From Eledone cirrhosa (taxonomy: Eukaryota): a stretch of 64,000 nt of DNA. A program made the translations under genes and the position numbers. The notes under the pieces are model-generated. The model worked only from the letters and a program-made list of their open reading frames with translations, was not told the DNA's origin and did no database searches. Below, in pieces: positions 39,501-51,500 of the stretch (position 1 is its first letter; every line of letters starts with the position of its first letter). The DNA lies in assembly GCA_964016885.1 (NCBI GenBank), contig OZ024740.1, positions 205,654,001-205,718,000 on the forward strand, given 5' to 3'.

Positions 39501-42500
39501 TGGTGTCAGTGTGTGTGTTGGTATCAGTGTGTGTGTTGGTATCAGTGTGTGTGATGGTGTCAGTGTGTGTGTTGGTGTCAGTGTGTGTGTTGGTGTCAGT
39601 GTGTGTGTTGGTGTCAGTGTGTGTGTTGGTGTCAGTGTGTGTTGGTGTCAGTGTGTGTGTTGGTGTCAGTGTGTGTTGGTGTCAGTGTGTGTGTTGGTGT
39701 CAGTGTGTGTGTTGGTGTCAGTGTGTGTGTTGGTGTCAGTGTGTGTTGGTGTCAGTGTGTGTGTTGGTGTCAGTGTGTGTGTGTTGGTGTCAGTGAGTGT
39801 GTTGGTGTCAGTGTGTGTGTTGGTGTCAGTGTGTGTGTTGGTGTCAGTGTGTGTGTTGGTATCAGTGTGTGTGTTGGTATCAGTGTGTGTGTTGGTATCA
39901 GTGTGTGTGTTGGTATCAGTGTGTGTGTTGGTGTCAGTGTGTGTTGGTGTCAGTGTGTGTTGGTGTCAGTGTGTGTGTTGGTGTCAGTGTGTGTGTTGGT
40001 GTCAGTGTGTGTTTTGGTGTCAGTGTGTGTTGGTATCATTGTGTGTGTTGGTGTCAGTGTGTGTGTTGGTGTCAGTGTGTGTTGGTGTCAGTGTGTGTGT
40101 TGGTGTCAGTGTGTGTGTTGGTGTCAGTGTGTGTGTTGGTATCAGTGTGTGTGTTGGTATCAGCGTGTGTGTTGGTATCAGTGTGTGTGTTGTTGTCAGT
40201 GTGTGTGTTGGTGTCAGTGTGTGTGTTGGTGTCAGTGTGTTTTTTGGTGTCAGTGTGTGTTGGTATCAGTATGTGTGTTGGTGTCAGTGTGTGTGTGTTG
40301 GTGTCAGTGTGTGTGTGTTGGTGTCAGTGTGTGTGTTGGTGTCAGTGTGTGTGTTGGTGTCAGTGTGTGTGTTGGTGTCAGTGTGTGTGTGTTGGTGTCA
40401 GTGTGTGTGTGTTGGTGTCAGTGTGTGTGTTGGTGTCAGTGTGTGTGTTGATGTAAGTGTGTGTGTTGGTGTCAGTGTGTGTGTGTTGGTGTCAGTGAGT
40501 GTGTTGGTGTCTGTGTGTGTGTTGGTGTCAGTGTGTGTGTTGGTGTCAGTGTGTGTGTTGGTATCAGTGTGTGTGTTGGTATCAGTGTGTGTGTTGGTAT
40601 CAGTGTGTGTGTTGGTATCAGTGTGTGTGTTGGTGTCAGTGTGTGTTGGTGTCAGTGTGTGTTGGTGTCAGTGTGTGTGTTGGTGTCAGTGTGTGTGTTG
40701 GTGTCAGTGTGTGTTTTGGTGTCAGTGTGTGTTGGTATCATTGTGTGTGTTGGTGTCAGTGTGTGTGTTGGTGTCAGTGTGTGTTGGTGTCAGTGTGTGT
40801 GTTGGTGTCAGTGTGTGTGTTGGTGTCAGTGTGTGTGTTGGTATCAGTGTGTGTGTTGGTATCAGTGTGTGTGTTGGTATCAGTGTGTGTGTTGGTGTCA
40901 GTGTGTGTGTTGGTGTCAGTGTGTTTTTTGGTGTCAGTGTGTGTTGGTATCAGTATGTGTGTTGGTGTCAGTGTGTGTGTGTTGGTGTCAGTGTGTGTGT
41001 GTTGGTGTCAGTGTGTGTGTTGGTGTCAGTGTGTGTGTTGGTGTCAGTGTGTGTGTTGGTGTCAGTGTGTGTGTGTTGGTGTCAGTGTGTGTGTGTTGGT
41101 GTCAGTGTGTGTGTTGATGTAAGTGTGTGTGTTGGTGTCAGTGTGTGTGTTGGTGTCAGTGTGTGTTGGTGTCAGAGTGTGTGTTGGTATCAGCGTGTGT
41201 GTTGGTATCAGCGTGTGTGTTGGTATCAGTGTGTGTGTGTTGGTGTCAGTGTGTGTGTTGGTGTCAGTGTGTGTTGGTGTCAGTGTGTGTTGGTGTCAGT
41301 GTGTGTGTTGGTGTCAGTGTGTGTGTTGGTGTCAGTGTGTGTGTTGGCGTCAGTGTGTGTGTTGGTGTCAGTGTGTGTGTGTTGGTGTCAGTGTGTGTGT
41401 TGGTGTCAGTGTGTGTGTGTTGGTGTCAGTGTGTGTGTTGGTGTCAATGTGTGTGTTGGTGTCAGTGTGTGTGTTGGTGTCAGTGTGTGTGTTGGTATCA
41501 GTGTGTGTTGGTGTCAGTGTGTGTGTTGGTGTCAGTGTGTGTGTTGGTGTCAGTGTGTGTGTTGGTGTCAGTGTGTGTGTTGGTATCAGTGTGTGTGTTG
41601 GTGTCAGTGTGTGTGTTGGTGTCAGTGTGTGTGTTGGTGTCAGTGTGTGTGTTGGTATCAGCTGTGTGTGTTGGTATCAGTGTGTGTGTTGGTGTCAGTG
41701 TGTGTGTTGGTGTCAGTGTGTGTGTTGGTGTCAGTGTGTGTGTGTTGGTGTCAGTGTGTGTGTTGGTGTCAGTGTGTGTGTGTTGGTGTCAGTGTGTGTG
41801 TTGGTGTCAGTGTGTGTGTTGGTGTCAGTGTGTGTGTTGGTGTCAGTGTGTGTGTTGGTATCAATGTGTGTGTTGGTGGCAGTGTGTGTGTTGGTGTCAG
41901 TGTGTGTTGGTGTCAGTGTGTGTTGGTGTCAGTGTGTGTGTTGGTGTCAGTGTGTGTGTTGGTGTCAGTGTGTGTGTTGGTGTCAGTGTGTGTGTTGGTG
42001 TCAGTGTGTGTGTGTTGGTGTCAGTGTGTGTGTTGGTATCAGTGTGTGTGTTGGTGTCAGTGTGTGTGTTGGTGTCAGTGTGTGTGTTGGTGTCAGTGTG
42101 TGTGTTGGTATCAGTGTGTGTGTTGGTGTCAGTGTGTGTGTTGGTATCAGTGTGTGTGTTGGTGTCAGTGTGTGTGTTGGTATCAGCGTGTGTGTTGGTG
42201 TCAGTGTGTGTGTTGGTATCAGTGTGTGTGTTGGTGTCAGTGTGTGTGTTGGTGTCAGTGTGTGTGTTGGTATCAGTGTGTGTGATGGTGTCAGTGTGTG
42301 TGTTGGTGTCAGTGTGTGTGTTGGTGTCAGTGTGTGTGTTGGTATCAGTGTGTGTGTTGGTGTCAGTGTGTGTGTTGGTGTCAGTGTGTGTGTTGGTGTC
42401 AGTGTGTGTGTTGGTATCAGTGTGTGTGTGTTGGTGTCAGTGTGTGTGTTGGTGTCAGTGTGTGTGTTGGTGTCAGTGTGTATGTTGGTGTCAGTGTGTG

Positions 42501-45500
42501 TGTTGGTATCAGTGTGTGTGTTGGTGTCAGTGTGTGTGTTGGTGTCAGTGTGTGTGTTGGTGTCAGTGTGTGTGTTGGTGTCAGTGTGTGTGTGTTGGTA
42601 TCAGTGTGTGTGTGTTGGTGTCAGTGTGTGTGTTGGTGTCAGTGTGTGAGTTGGTGTCAGTGTGTATGTTGGTGTCAGTGTGTGTGTTGGTGTCAGTGTG
42701 TGTGTTGGTATCAGTGTGTGTGTTGGTGTCAGTGTGTGTGTTGGTGTCAGTGTGTGTGTTGGTGTCAGTGTGTGTGTTGGTGTCAGTGTGTGTGTTGGTG
42801 TCAGTGTGTGTGTGTTGGTATCAGTGTGTGTGTTGGTGTCAGTGTGTGTGTTGGTATCAGCGTGTGTGTTGGTGTCAGTGTGTGTGTTGGTGTCAGTGTG
42901 TGTGTGTTGGTATCAGTGTGTGTGTGTTGGTGTCAGTGTGTGTGTTGGTGTCAGTGTGTGTGTGTTGGTGTCAGTGTGTGTGTGTTGGTGTCAGTGTGTG
43001 TGTTGGTGTCAGTGTGTGTGTTGGTGTCAGTGTGTGTGTTGGTGTCAGTGTGTGTGTTGGTGTCAGTGTGTGTGTTGGTGTCAGTGTGTGTGTTGGTGTC
43101 AGTGTGTGTGTGTTGGTATCAGTGTGTGTGTTGGTGTCAGTGTGTGTGTTGGTGTCAGTGTGTATGTTGGTGTCAGTGTGTGTTGGTGTCAGTGTGTGTG
43201 TTGGTGTCAGTGTGTGTGTTGGTATCAGTGTGTGTGTTGGTGTCAGTGTGTGTGTTGGTGTCAGTGTGTGTTGGTGTCAGTGTGTGTGTTGGTGTCAGTG
43301 TGTGTGTTGGTGTCAGTGTGTGTGTGTTGGTATCAGCGTGTGTGTTGGTGTCAGTGTGTGTGTTGGTGTCAGTGTGTGTGTTGGTGTCAGTGTGTGTGTT
43401 GGTGTCAGTGTGTGTGTGTTGGTGTCAGTGTGTGTGTTGGTGTCAGTGTGTGTGTTGGTGTCAGTGTGTGTGTGTTGGTGTCAGTGTGTGTGTTGGTGTC
43501 AGTGTGTGTGTGTTGGTGTCAGTGTGTGTGTGTTGGTATCAGTGTGTGTGTTGGTGTCAGTGTGTGTGTTGGTGTCAGTGTGTGTGTTGGTGTCAGTGTG
43601 TGTGTTGGTGTCAGTGTGTGTGTTGGTATCAGTGTGTGTGTTGGTGTCAGTGTGTGTGTTGGTGTCAGTGTGTGTGTTGGTGTCAGTGTGTGTGTTGGTG
43701 TCAGTGTGTGTGTTGGTGTCAGTGTGTGTGTTGGTGTCAGTGTCGTGTGTTGGTGTCAGTGTGTGTGTGTTGGTGTCAGTGTGTGTGATGGTGTCAGTGT
43801 GTGTGTGTTGGTATCAGTGTGTGTGTTGGTGTCAGTGTGTGTGTGGTGTCAGTGTGTGTTGGTGTCAGTGTGTGTGTTGGTGTCAGTGTGTGTGTTGGTA
43901 TCAGTGTGTGTGTTGGTGTCAGTGTGTGTGTGTTGGTGTCAGTGTGTGTGTTGGTGTCAGTGTGTGTGTTGGTGTCAGTGTGTGTGTTGGTGTCAGTGTG
44001 TGTGTGTTGGTGTCAGTGTGTGTGTTGGTGTCAGTGTGTGTGTGTTGGTGTCAGTGTGTGTTGGTGTCAGTGTGTGTGTTGGTGTCAGTGTGTGTGTTGG
44101 TGTCAGTGTGTGTGTTGGTGTCAGTGTGTGTGTGTTGGTGTCAGTGTGTGTGTTGGTGTCAGTGTGTGTGTTGGTATCAGTGTGTGTGTTGGTGTCAGTG
44201 TGTGTTGGTGTCAGTGTGTGAGTTGGTGTCAGTGTGTGTGTTGGTGTCAGTGTGTGTGTTGGTGTCAGTGTGTGTGTTGGTGTCAGTGTGTGTGTGTTGG
44301 TGTCAGTGTGTGTGTTGGTGTCAGTGTGTGTGTTGGTATCAGTGTGTGTGTTGGTGTCAGTGTGTTTGTTGGTATCAGTGTGTGTGTTGGTATCAGTGTG
44401 TGTGTTGGTGTCAGTGTGTGTGTGTTGGTGTCAGTGCGTGTGTGTTGGTGTCAGTGTGTGTGTTGGTGTCAGTGTGTGTGTTGGTGTCTGTGTGTGTGTT
44501 GGTGTCAGTGTGTGTGTTGGTGTTTAGTGTGTGTGTTGGTGTCAGTGTGTGTGTGTTGGTGTCAGTGTGTGTGTTGGTATCAGTGTGTGTGTGTTGGTAT
44601 CAGTGTGTGTGTTGGTGTCAGTGTGTGTGTTGGTGTCAGTGTGTGTGTTGGTATCAGCGTGTGTGTTGGTGTCAGTGTGTGTGTTGGTGTCAGTGTGTGT
44701 TGGTGTCAGTGTGTGTGTTGGTATCAGCGTGTGTGTTGGTGTCAGTGTGTGTGTGTTGGTGTCAGTGTCAGTGTGTGTGTGTTGGTGTCAGTGTGTGTGT
44801 TGGTGTCAGCTGTGTGTGTTGGTGTCAGTGTGTGTGTTGGTGTCAGTGTGTGTGTTGGTGTCAGTGTGTGTGTTGGTGTCATGTGTGTGTGTTGGTGTCA
44901 GTGTGTGTGTTGGTATCAGCGTGTGTGTTGGTATCAGTGTGTGTGTTGGTATCAGTGTGTGTGTTGGTGTCAGTGTGTGTGTTGGTGTCAGTGTGTGTGT
45001 TGGTGTCAGTGTGTGTGTTGGTGTCAGTGTGTGTGTTGGTGTCAGTGTGTGTGTTGGTATCAGCGTGTGTGTTGGTGTCAGTGTGTGTGATGGTGTCAGT
45101 GTGTGTGTGTTGGTGTCAGTGTGTGTGTTGGTGTCAGTGTGTGTGTTGGTGTCAGTGTGTGTGTTGGTATCAGCGTGTGTGTTGGTGTCAGTGTGTGTGT
45201 GTTGGTGTCAGTGTGTGTGTGTTGGTGTCAGTGTGTGTTGGTGTCAATGTGTGTTGGTGTCAGTGTGTGTGTTGGTATCAGTGTGTGTGTTGGTGTCAGT
45301 GTGTGTGTTGGTATCAGTGTGTGTGTTGGTATCAGTGTGTGTGTTGGTGTCAGTGTGTGTGTGTTGGTGTCAGTGTGTGTGTTGGTGTCAGTGTGTGTGT
45401 TGGTGTCAGTGTGTGTGTTGGTGTCAGTGTGTGTGTTGGTGTCAGTGTGTGTGTGTTGGTGTCAGTGTGTGTGTTGGTATCAGTGTGTGTGTGTTGGTAT

Positions 45501-48500
45501 CAGTGTGTGTGTTGGTGTCAGTGTGTGTGTTGGTGTCAGTGTGTGTGTTGGTATCAGCGTGTGTGTTGGTGTCAGTGTGTGTGTTGGTGTCAGTGTGTGT
45601 TGGTGTCAGTGTGTGTGTTGGTATCAGCGTGTGTGTTGGTGTCAGTGTGTGTGTGTTGGTGTCAGTGTGTGTTGGTGTCAGTGTGTGTGTGTTGGTGTCA
45701 GTGTGTGTGTTGGTATCAGCGTGTGTGTTGGTATCAGTGTGTGTGTTGGTATCAGTGTGTGTGTTGGTGTCAGTGTGTGTGTTGGTGTCATGTGTGTGTG
45801 TTGGTGTCAGTGTGTGTGTTGGTATCAGTGTGTGTGTTGGTATCAGCGTGTGTGTTGGTATCAGTGTGTGTGTTGGTATCAGTGTGTGTGTTGGTGTCAG
45901 TGTGTGTGTTGGTGTCAGTGTGTGTGTTGGTGTCAGTGTGTGTGTTGGTGTCAGTGTGTGTGTGTTGGTGTCAGTGTGTGTGTGTTGGTGTCAGTGTGTG
46001 TTGGTGTCAATGTGTGTTGGTGTCAGTGTGTGTGTTGGTGTCAGTGTGTGTGTTGGTGTCAGTGTGTGTGTGTTGGTGTCAGTGTGTGTGTTGGTGTCAG
46101 TGTGTGTGTTGGTGTCAGTGTGTGTGTGTTGGTGTCAGTGTGTGTGTTGGTGTCAGTGTGTGTGTTGGTGTCAGTGTGTGTGTTGGTGTCAGTGTGTGTG
46201 TTGGTGTCAGTGTGTGTGTTGGTATCAGCGTGTGTGTTGGTGTCAGTGTGTGTGTTGGTGTCAGTGTGTGTGTGTTGGTGTCAGTGTGTGTTGGTGTCAG
46301 TGTGTGTTGGTGTCAGTGTGTGTGTTGGTGTCAGTGTGTGTGTTGGTGTCAGTGTGTGTGTTGGTATCAGTGTGTGTGTTGGTGTCAGTGTGTGTGTGTT
46401 GGTCTCAGTGTGTGTGTTGGTGTCAGTGTGTGTGTTGGAGTCAGTGTGTGTGTTGGTGTCAGTGTGTGTGTTGGTGTCAGTGTGTGTGTTGGAGTCAGTG
46501 TGTGTGTTGGTGTCAGTGTGTGTGTTGGTGTCAGTGTGTGTGTGTTGGTGTCAGTGTGTGTGTTGGTGTCAGTGTGTGTGTTGGTGTCAGTGTGTGTGTT
46601 GGTGTCAGTGTGTGTGTTGGTGTCAGTGTGTGTGTTGGTGTCAGTGTGTGTGTGTTGGTGTCAGTGTGTGTGTTGGTGTCAGTGTATGTGTGGGTGTCAG
46701 TGTGTGTGTGTTGGTATCAGTGTGTGTGTTGGTGTCAGTGTGTGTTGGTGTCAGTGTGTGTGTTGGTGTCAGTGTGTGTGTTGGTGTCAGTGTGTGTGTG
46801 TGTGTTTCAGTGTGTGTGTTGGTGTCAGTGTGTGTGTTGGTGTCAGTGTGTGTGTGTTGGTGTCAGTGTGTGTGTTGGTGTCAGTGTGTGTGTTGGTGTC
46901 AGTGTGTGTGTTGGTGTCAGTGTGTGTGTGTTGGTGTCAGTGTGTGTGTTGGTGTCAGTGTGTGTGTTGGTGTCAGTGTGTGTGTGTTGGTGTCAGTGTG
47001 TGTTGGTGTCAGTGTGTGTGTGTTGGTGTCAGTGTGTGTGTTGGTGTCAGTGTGTGTGTTGGTGTCAGTGTGTGTGTTGGTGTCAGTGTGTGTGTTGGTG
47101 TCAGTGTGTGTGTTGGTGTCAGTGTGTGTGTGTTGGTGTCAGCGTGTGTGTTGGTGTCAGTGTGTGTGTGTTGGTGTCAGTGTGTGTGTTGGTATCAGTG
47201 TGTGTGTTGGTGTCAGTGTGTGTGTGTGTGTTAGTGTCAGTGTGTGTGTTGGTGTCAGTGTGTGTGTTGGTGTCAGTGTGTGTGTGTTGGTGTCAGTGTG
47301 TGTGTTGTTGTCAGTGTGTGTGTTGGTGTCAGTGTGTGTGTGGGTGTCAGTGTGTGTGTGTTGGTATCAGTGTGTGTGTTGGTGTCAGTGTGTGTGTTGG
47401 TGTCAGTGTGTGTGTGTTGGTGTCAGTGTGTGTTGGTGTCAGTGTGTGTGTGTTGGTGTCAGTGTGTGTGTTGGTGTCAGTGTGTGTGTTGGTGTCAGTG
47501 TGTGTGTTGGTGTCAGTGAGTGTGTTGGTGTCAGTGTGTGTGTTGGTGTCAGTGTGTGTGTGTCGGTGTCAGCGTGTGTGTTGGTGTCAGTGTGTGTGTG
47601 TTGGTGTCAGTGTGTGTGTTGGTATCAGTGTGTGTGTTGGTGTCAGCGTGTGTGTTGGTGTCAGTGTGTGTGTGTGTGTTGGTGTCAGTGTGTGTGTTGG
47701 TGTCAGTGTGTGTGTTGGTGTCAGTGTGTGTGTGTTGGTGTCAGTGTGTGTGTTGGTGTCAGTGTGTGTTTTGGTGTCAGTGTGTGTGTGGGTGTCAGTG
47801 TGTGTGTGTTGGTATCAGTGTGTGTGTTGGTGTCAGTGTGTGTGTTGGTGTCAGTGTGTGTGTGTTGGTGTCAGTGTGTGTTGGTGTCAGTGTGTGTGTG
47901 TTGGTGTCATTGTGTGTGTTGGTGTCAGTGTGTGTGTTGGTGTCAGTGTGTGTGTTGGTGTCAGTGTGTGTGTTGGTGTCAGTGTGTGTGTGTTGGTGTC
48001 AGCGTGTGTGTTGGTGTCAGTGTGTGTGTGTTGGTGTCAGTGTGTGTGTTGGTATCAGTGTGTGTGTTGGTGTCAGTGTGTGTGTGTTGGTGTTAGTGTG
48101 TGTGTTGGTGTCAGTGTGTGTGTTGGTGTCAGTGTGTGTGTGTTGGTATGAGCGTGTGTGTTGGTGTCAGTGTGTGTGTTGGTGTCAGTGTGTATGTTGG
48201 TGTCAGTGTGTGTTGGTGTCAGTGTGTGTGTTGGTATCAGCGTGTGTGTTGGTATCAGTGTGTGTGTGTTGGTGTCAGTGTGTGTGTTGGTGTCAGTGTG
48301 TGTTGGTGTCAGTGTGTGTTGGTGTCAGTGTGTGTGTTGGTGTCAGTGTGTGTGTTGGTGTCAGTGTGTGTGTTGGCGTCAGTGTGTGTGTTGGTGTCAG
48401 TGTGTGTGTGTTGGTGTCAGTGTGTGTGTTGGTGTCAGTGTGTGTGTGTTGGTGTCAGTGTGTGTGTTGGTGTCAATGTGTGTGTTGGTGTCAGTGTGTG

Positions 48501-51500
48501 TGTTGGTGTCAGTGTGTGTGTTGGTATCAGTGTGTGTTGGTGTCAGTGTGTGTGTTGGTGTCAGTGTGTGTGTTGGTGTCAGTGTGTGTGTTGGTGTCAG
48601 TGTGTGTGTTGGTATCAGTGTGTGTGTTGGTGTCAGTGTGTGTGTTGGTGTCAGTGTGTGTGTTGGTATCAGCATGTGTGTTGGTATCAGCGTGTGTGTT
48701 GGTGTCAGTGTGTGTGTTGGTGTCAGTGTGTGTGTTGGTGTCAGTGTGTGTGTGTTGGTGTCAGTGTGTGTGTTGGTGTCAGTGTGTGTGTGTTGGTGTC
48801 AGTGTGTGTGTTGGTGTCAGTGTGTGTGTTGGTGTCAGTGTGTGTGTTGGTGTCAGTGTGTGTGTTGGTATCAATGTGTGTGTTGGTGGCAGTGTGTGTG
48901 TTGGTGTCAGTGTGTGTTGGTGTCAGTGTGTGTTGGTGTCAGTGTGTGTGTTGGTGTCAGTGTGTGTGTTGGTGTCAGTGTGTGTGTTGGTGTCAGTGTG
49001 TGTGTTGGTGTCAGTGTGTGTGTGTTGGTGTCAGTGTGTGTGTTGGTATCAGTGTGTGTGTGTTGGTGTCAGTGTGTGTGTTGGTATCAGTGTGTGTGTT
49101 GGTGTCAAGTGTGTGTGTTGGTGTCAGTGTGTGTGTTGGTGTCAGTGTGTGTGTTGGTATCAGTGTGTGTGTTGGTGTCAGTGTGTGTGTTGGTATCAGT
49201 GTGTGTGTTTGTGTCAGTGTGTGTGTTGGTATCAGCGTGTGTGTTGGTGTCTGTGTGTGTGTTGGTATCAGTGTGTGTGTTGGTGTCAGTGTGTGTGTTG
49301 GTGTCAGTGTGTGTGTTGGTATCAGCGTGTGTGATGGTGTCAGTGTGTGTGTTGGTGTCAGTGTGTGTGTTGGTGTCAGTGTGTGTGTTGGTATCAGTGT
49401 GTGTGTTGGTGTCAGTGTGTGTGTTGGTGTCAGTGTGTGTGTTGGTGTCAGTGTGTGTGTGTTGGTATCAGTGTGTGTGTGTTGGTGTCAGTGTGTGTGT
49501 TGGTGTCAGTGTGTGTGTTGGTGTCAGTGTGTATGTTGGTGTCAGTGTGTGTGTTGGTATCAGTGTGTGTGTTGGTGTCAGTGTGTGTGTTGGTGTCAGT
49601 GTGTGTGTTGGTGTCAGTGTGTGTGTTGGTGTCAGTGTGTGTGTTGGTGTCAGTGTGTGTGTGTTGGTATCAGTGTGTGTGTGTTGGTGTCAGTGTGTGT
49701 GTTGGTGTCAGTGTGTGAGTTGGTGTCAGTGTGTATGTTGGTGTCAGTGTGTGTGTTGGTGTCAGTGTGTGTGTTGGTATCAGTGTGTGTGTTGGTGTCA
49801 GTGTGTGTGTTGGTGTCAGTGTGTGTGTTGGTGTCAGTGTGTGTGTTGGTGTCAGTGTGTGTGTTGGTGTCAGTGTGTGTGTGTTGGTATCAGTGTGTGT
49901 GTTGGTGTCAGTGTGTGTGTTGGTATCAGCGTGTGTGTTGGTGTCAGTGTGTGTGTTGGTGTCAGTGTGTGTGTGTTGGTATCAGTGTGTGTGTGTTGGT
50001 GTCAGTGTGTGTGTTGGTGTCAGTGTGTGTGTGTTGGTGTCAGTGTGTGTGTGTTGGTGTCAGTGTGTGTGTTGGTGTCAGTGTGTGTGTTGGTGTCAGT
50101 GTGTGTGTTGGTGTCAGTGTGTGTGTTGGTGTCAGTGTGTGTGTTGGTGTCAGTGTGTGTGTTGGTGTCAGTGTGTGTGTGTTGGTATGAGCGTGTGTGT
50201 TGGTGTCAGTGTGTGTGTTGGTGTCAGTGTGTATGTTGGTGTCAGTGTGTGTTGGTGTCAGTGTGTGTGTTGGTGTCAGTGTGTGTGTTGGTATCAGTGT
50301 GTGTGTTGGTGTCAGTGTGTGTGTTGGTGTCAGTGTGTGTTGGTGTCAGTGTGTGTGTTGGTGTCAGTGTGTGTGTTGGTGTCAGTGTGTGTGTGTTGGT
50401 ATCAGCGTGTGTGTTGGTGTCAGTGTGTGTGTTGGTGTCAGTGTGTGTGTTGGTGTCAGTGTGTGTGTTGGTGTCAGTGTGTGTGTGTTGGTGTCAGTGT
50501 GTGTGTTGGTGTCAGTGTGTGTGTTGGTGTCAGTGTGTGTGTGTTGGTGTCAGTGTGTGTGTTGGTGTCAGTGTGTGTGTGTTGGTGTCAGTGTGTGTGT
50601 GTTGGTATCAGCGTGTGTGTTGGTGTCAGTGTGTGTGTTGGTGTCAGTGTGTGTGTTGGTGTCAGTGTGTGTGTTGGTGTCAGTGTGTGTGTTGGTATCA
50701 GTGTGTGTGTTGGTGTCAGTGTGTGTGTTGGTGTCAGTGTGTGTGTTGGTGTCAGTGTGTGTGTTGGTGTCAGTGTGTGTGTTGGTGTCAGTGTGTGTGT
50801 TGGTGTCAGTGTCTGTGTTGGTGTCAGTGTGTGTGTGTTGGTGTCAGTGTGTGTGATGGTGTCAGTGTGTGTGTGTTGGTATCAGTGTGTGTGTTGGTGT
50901 CAGTGTGTGTTGGTGTCAGTGTGTGTTGGTGTCAGTGTGTGTGTTGGTGTCAGTGTGTGTGTTGGTATCAGTGTGTGTGTTGGTGTCAGTGTGTGTGTGT
51001 TGGTGTCAGTGTGTGTGTTGGTGTCAGTGTGTGTGTTGGTGTCAGTGTGTGTGTTGGTGTCAGTGTGTGTGTGTTGGTGTCAGTGTGTGTGTTGGTGTCA
51101 GTGTGTGTGTGTTGGTGTCAGTGTGTGTTGGTGTCAGTGTGTGTGTTGGTGTGAGTGTGTGTGTTGGTGTCAGTGTGTGTGTTGGTGTCAGTGTGTGTGT
51201 GTTGGTGTCAGTGTGTGTGTGGGTGTCAGTGTGTGTGTTGGTATCAGTGTGTGTGTTGGTGTCAGTGTGTGTTGGTGTCAGTGTGTGAGTTGGTGTCAGT
51301 GTGTGTGTTGGTGTCAGTGTGTGTGTTGGTGTCAGTGTGTGTGTTGGTGTCAGTGTGTGTGTGTTGGTGTCAGTGTGTGTGTTGGTGTCAGTGTGTGTGT
51401 TGGTATCAGTGTGTGTGTTGGTGTCAGTGTGTTTGTTGGTATCAGTGTGTGTGTTGGTATCAGTGTGTGTGTTGGTGTCAGTGTGTGTGTGTTGGTGTCA

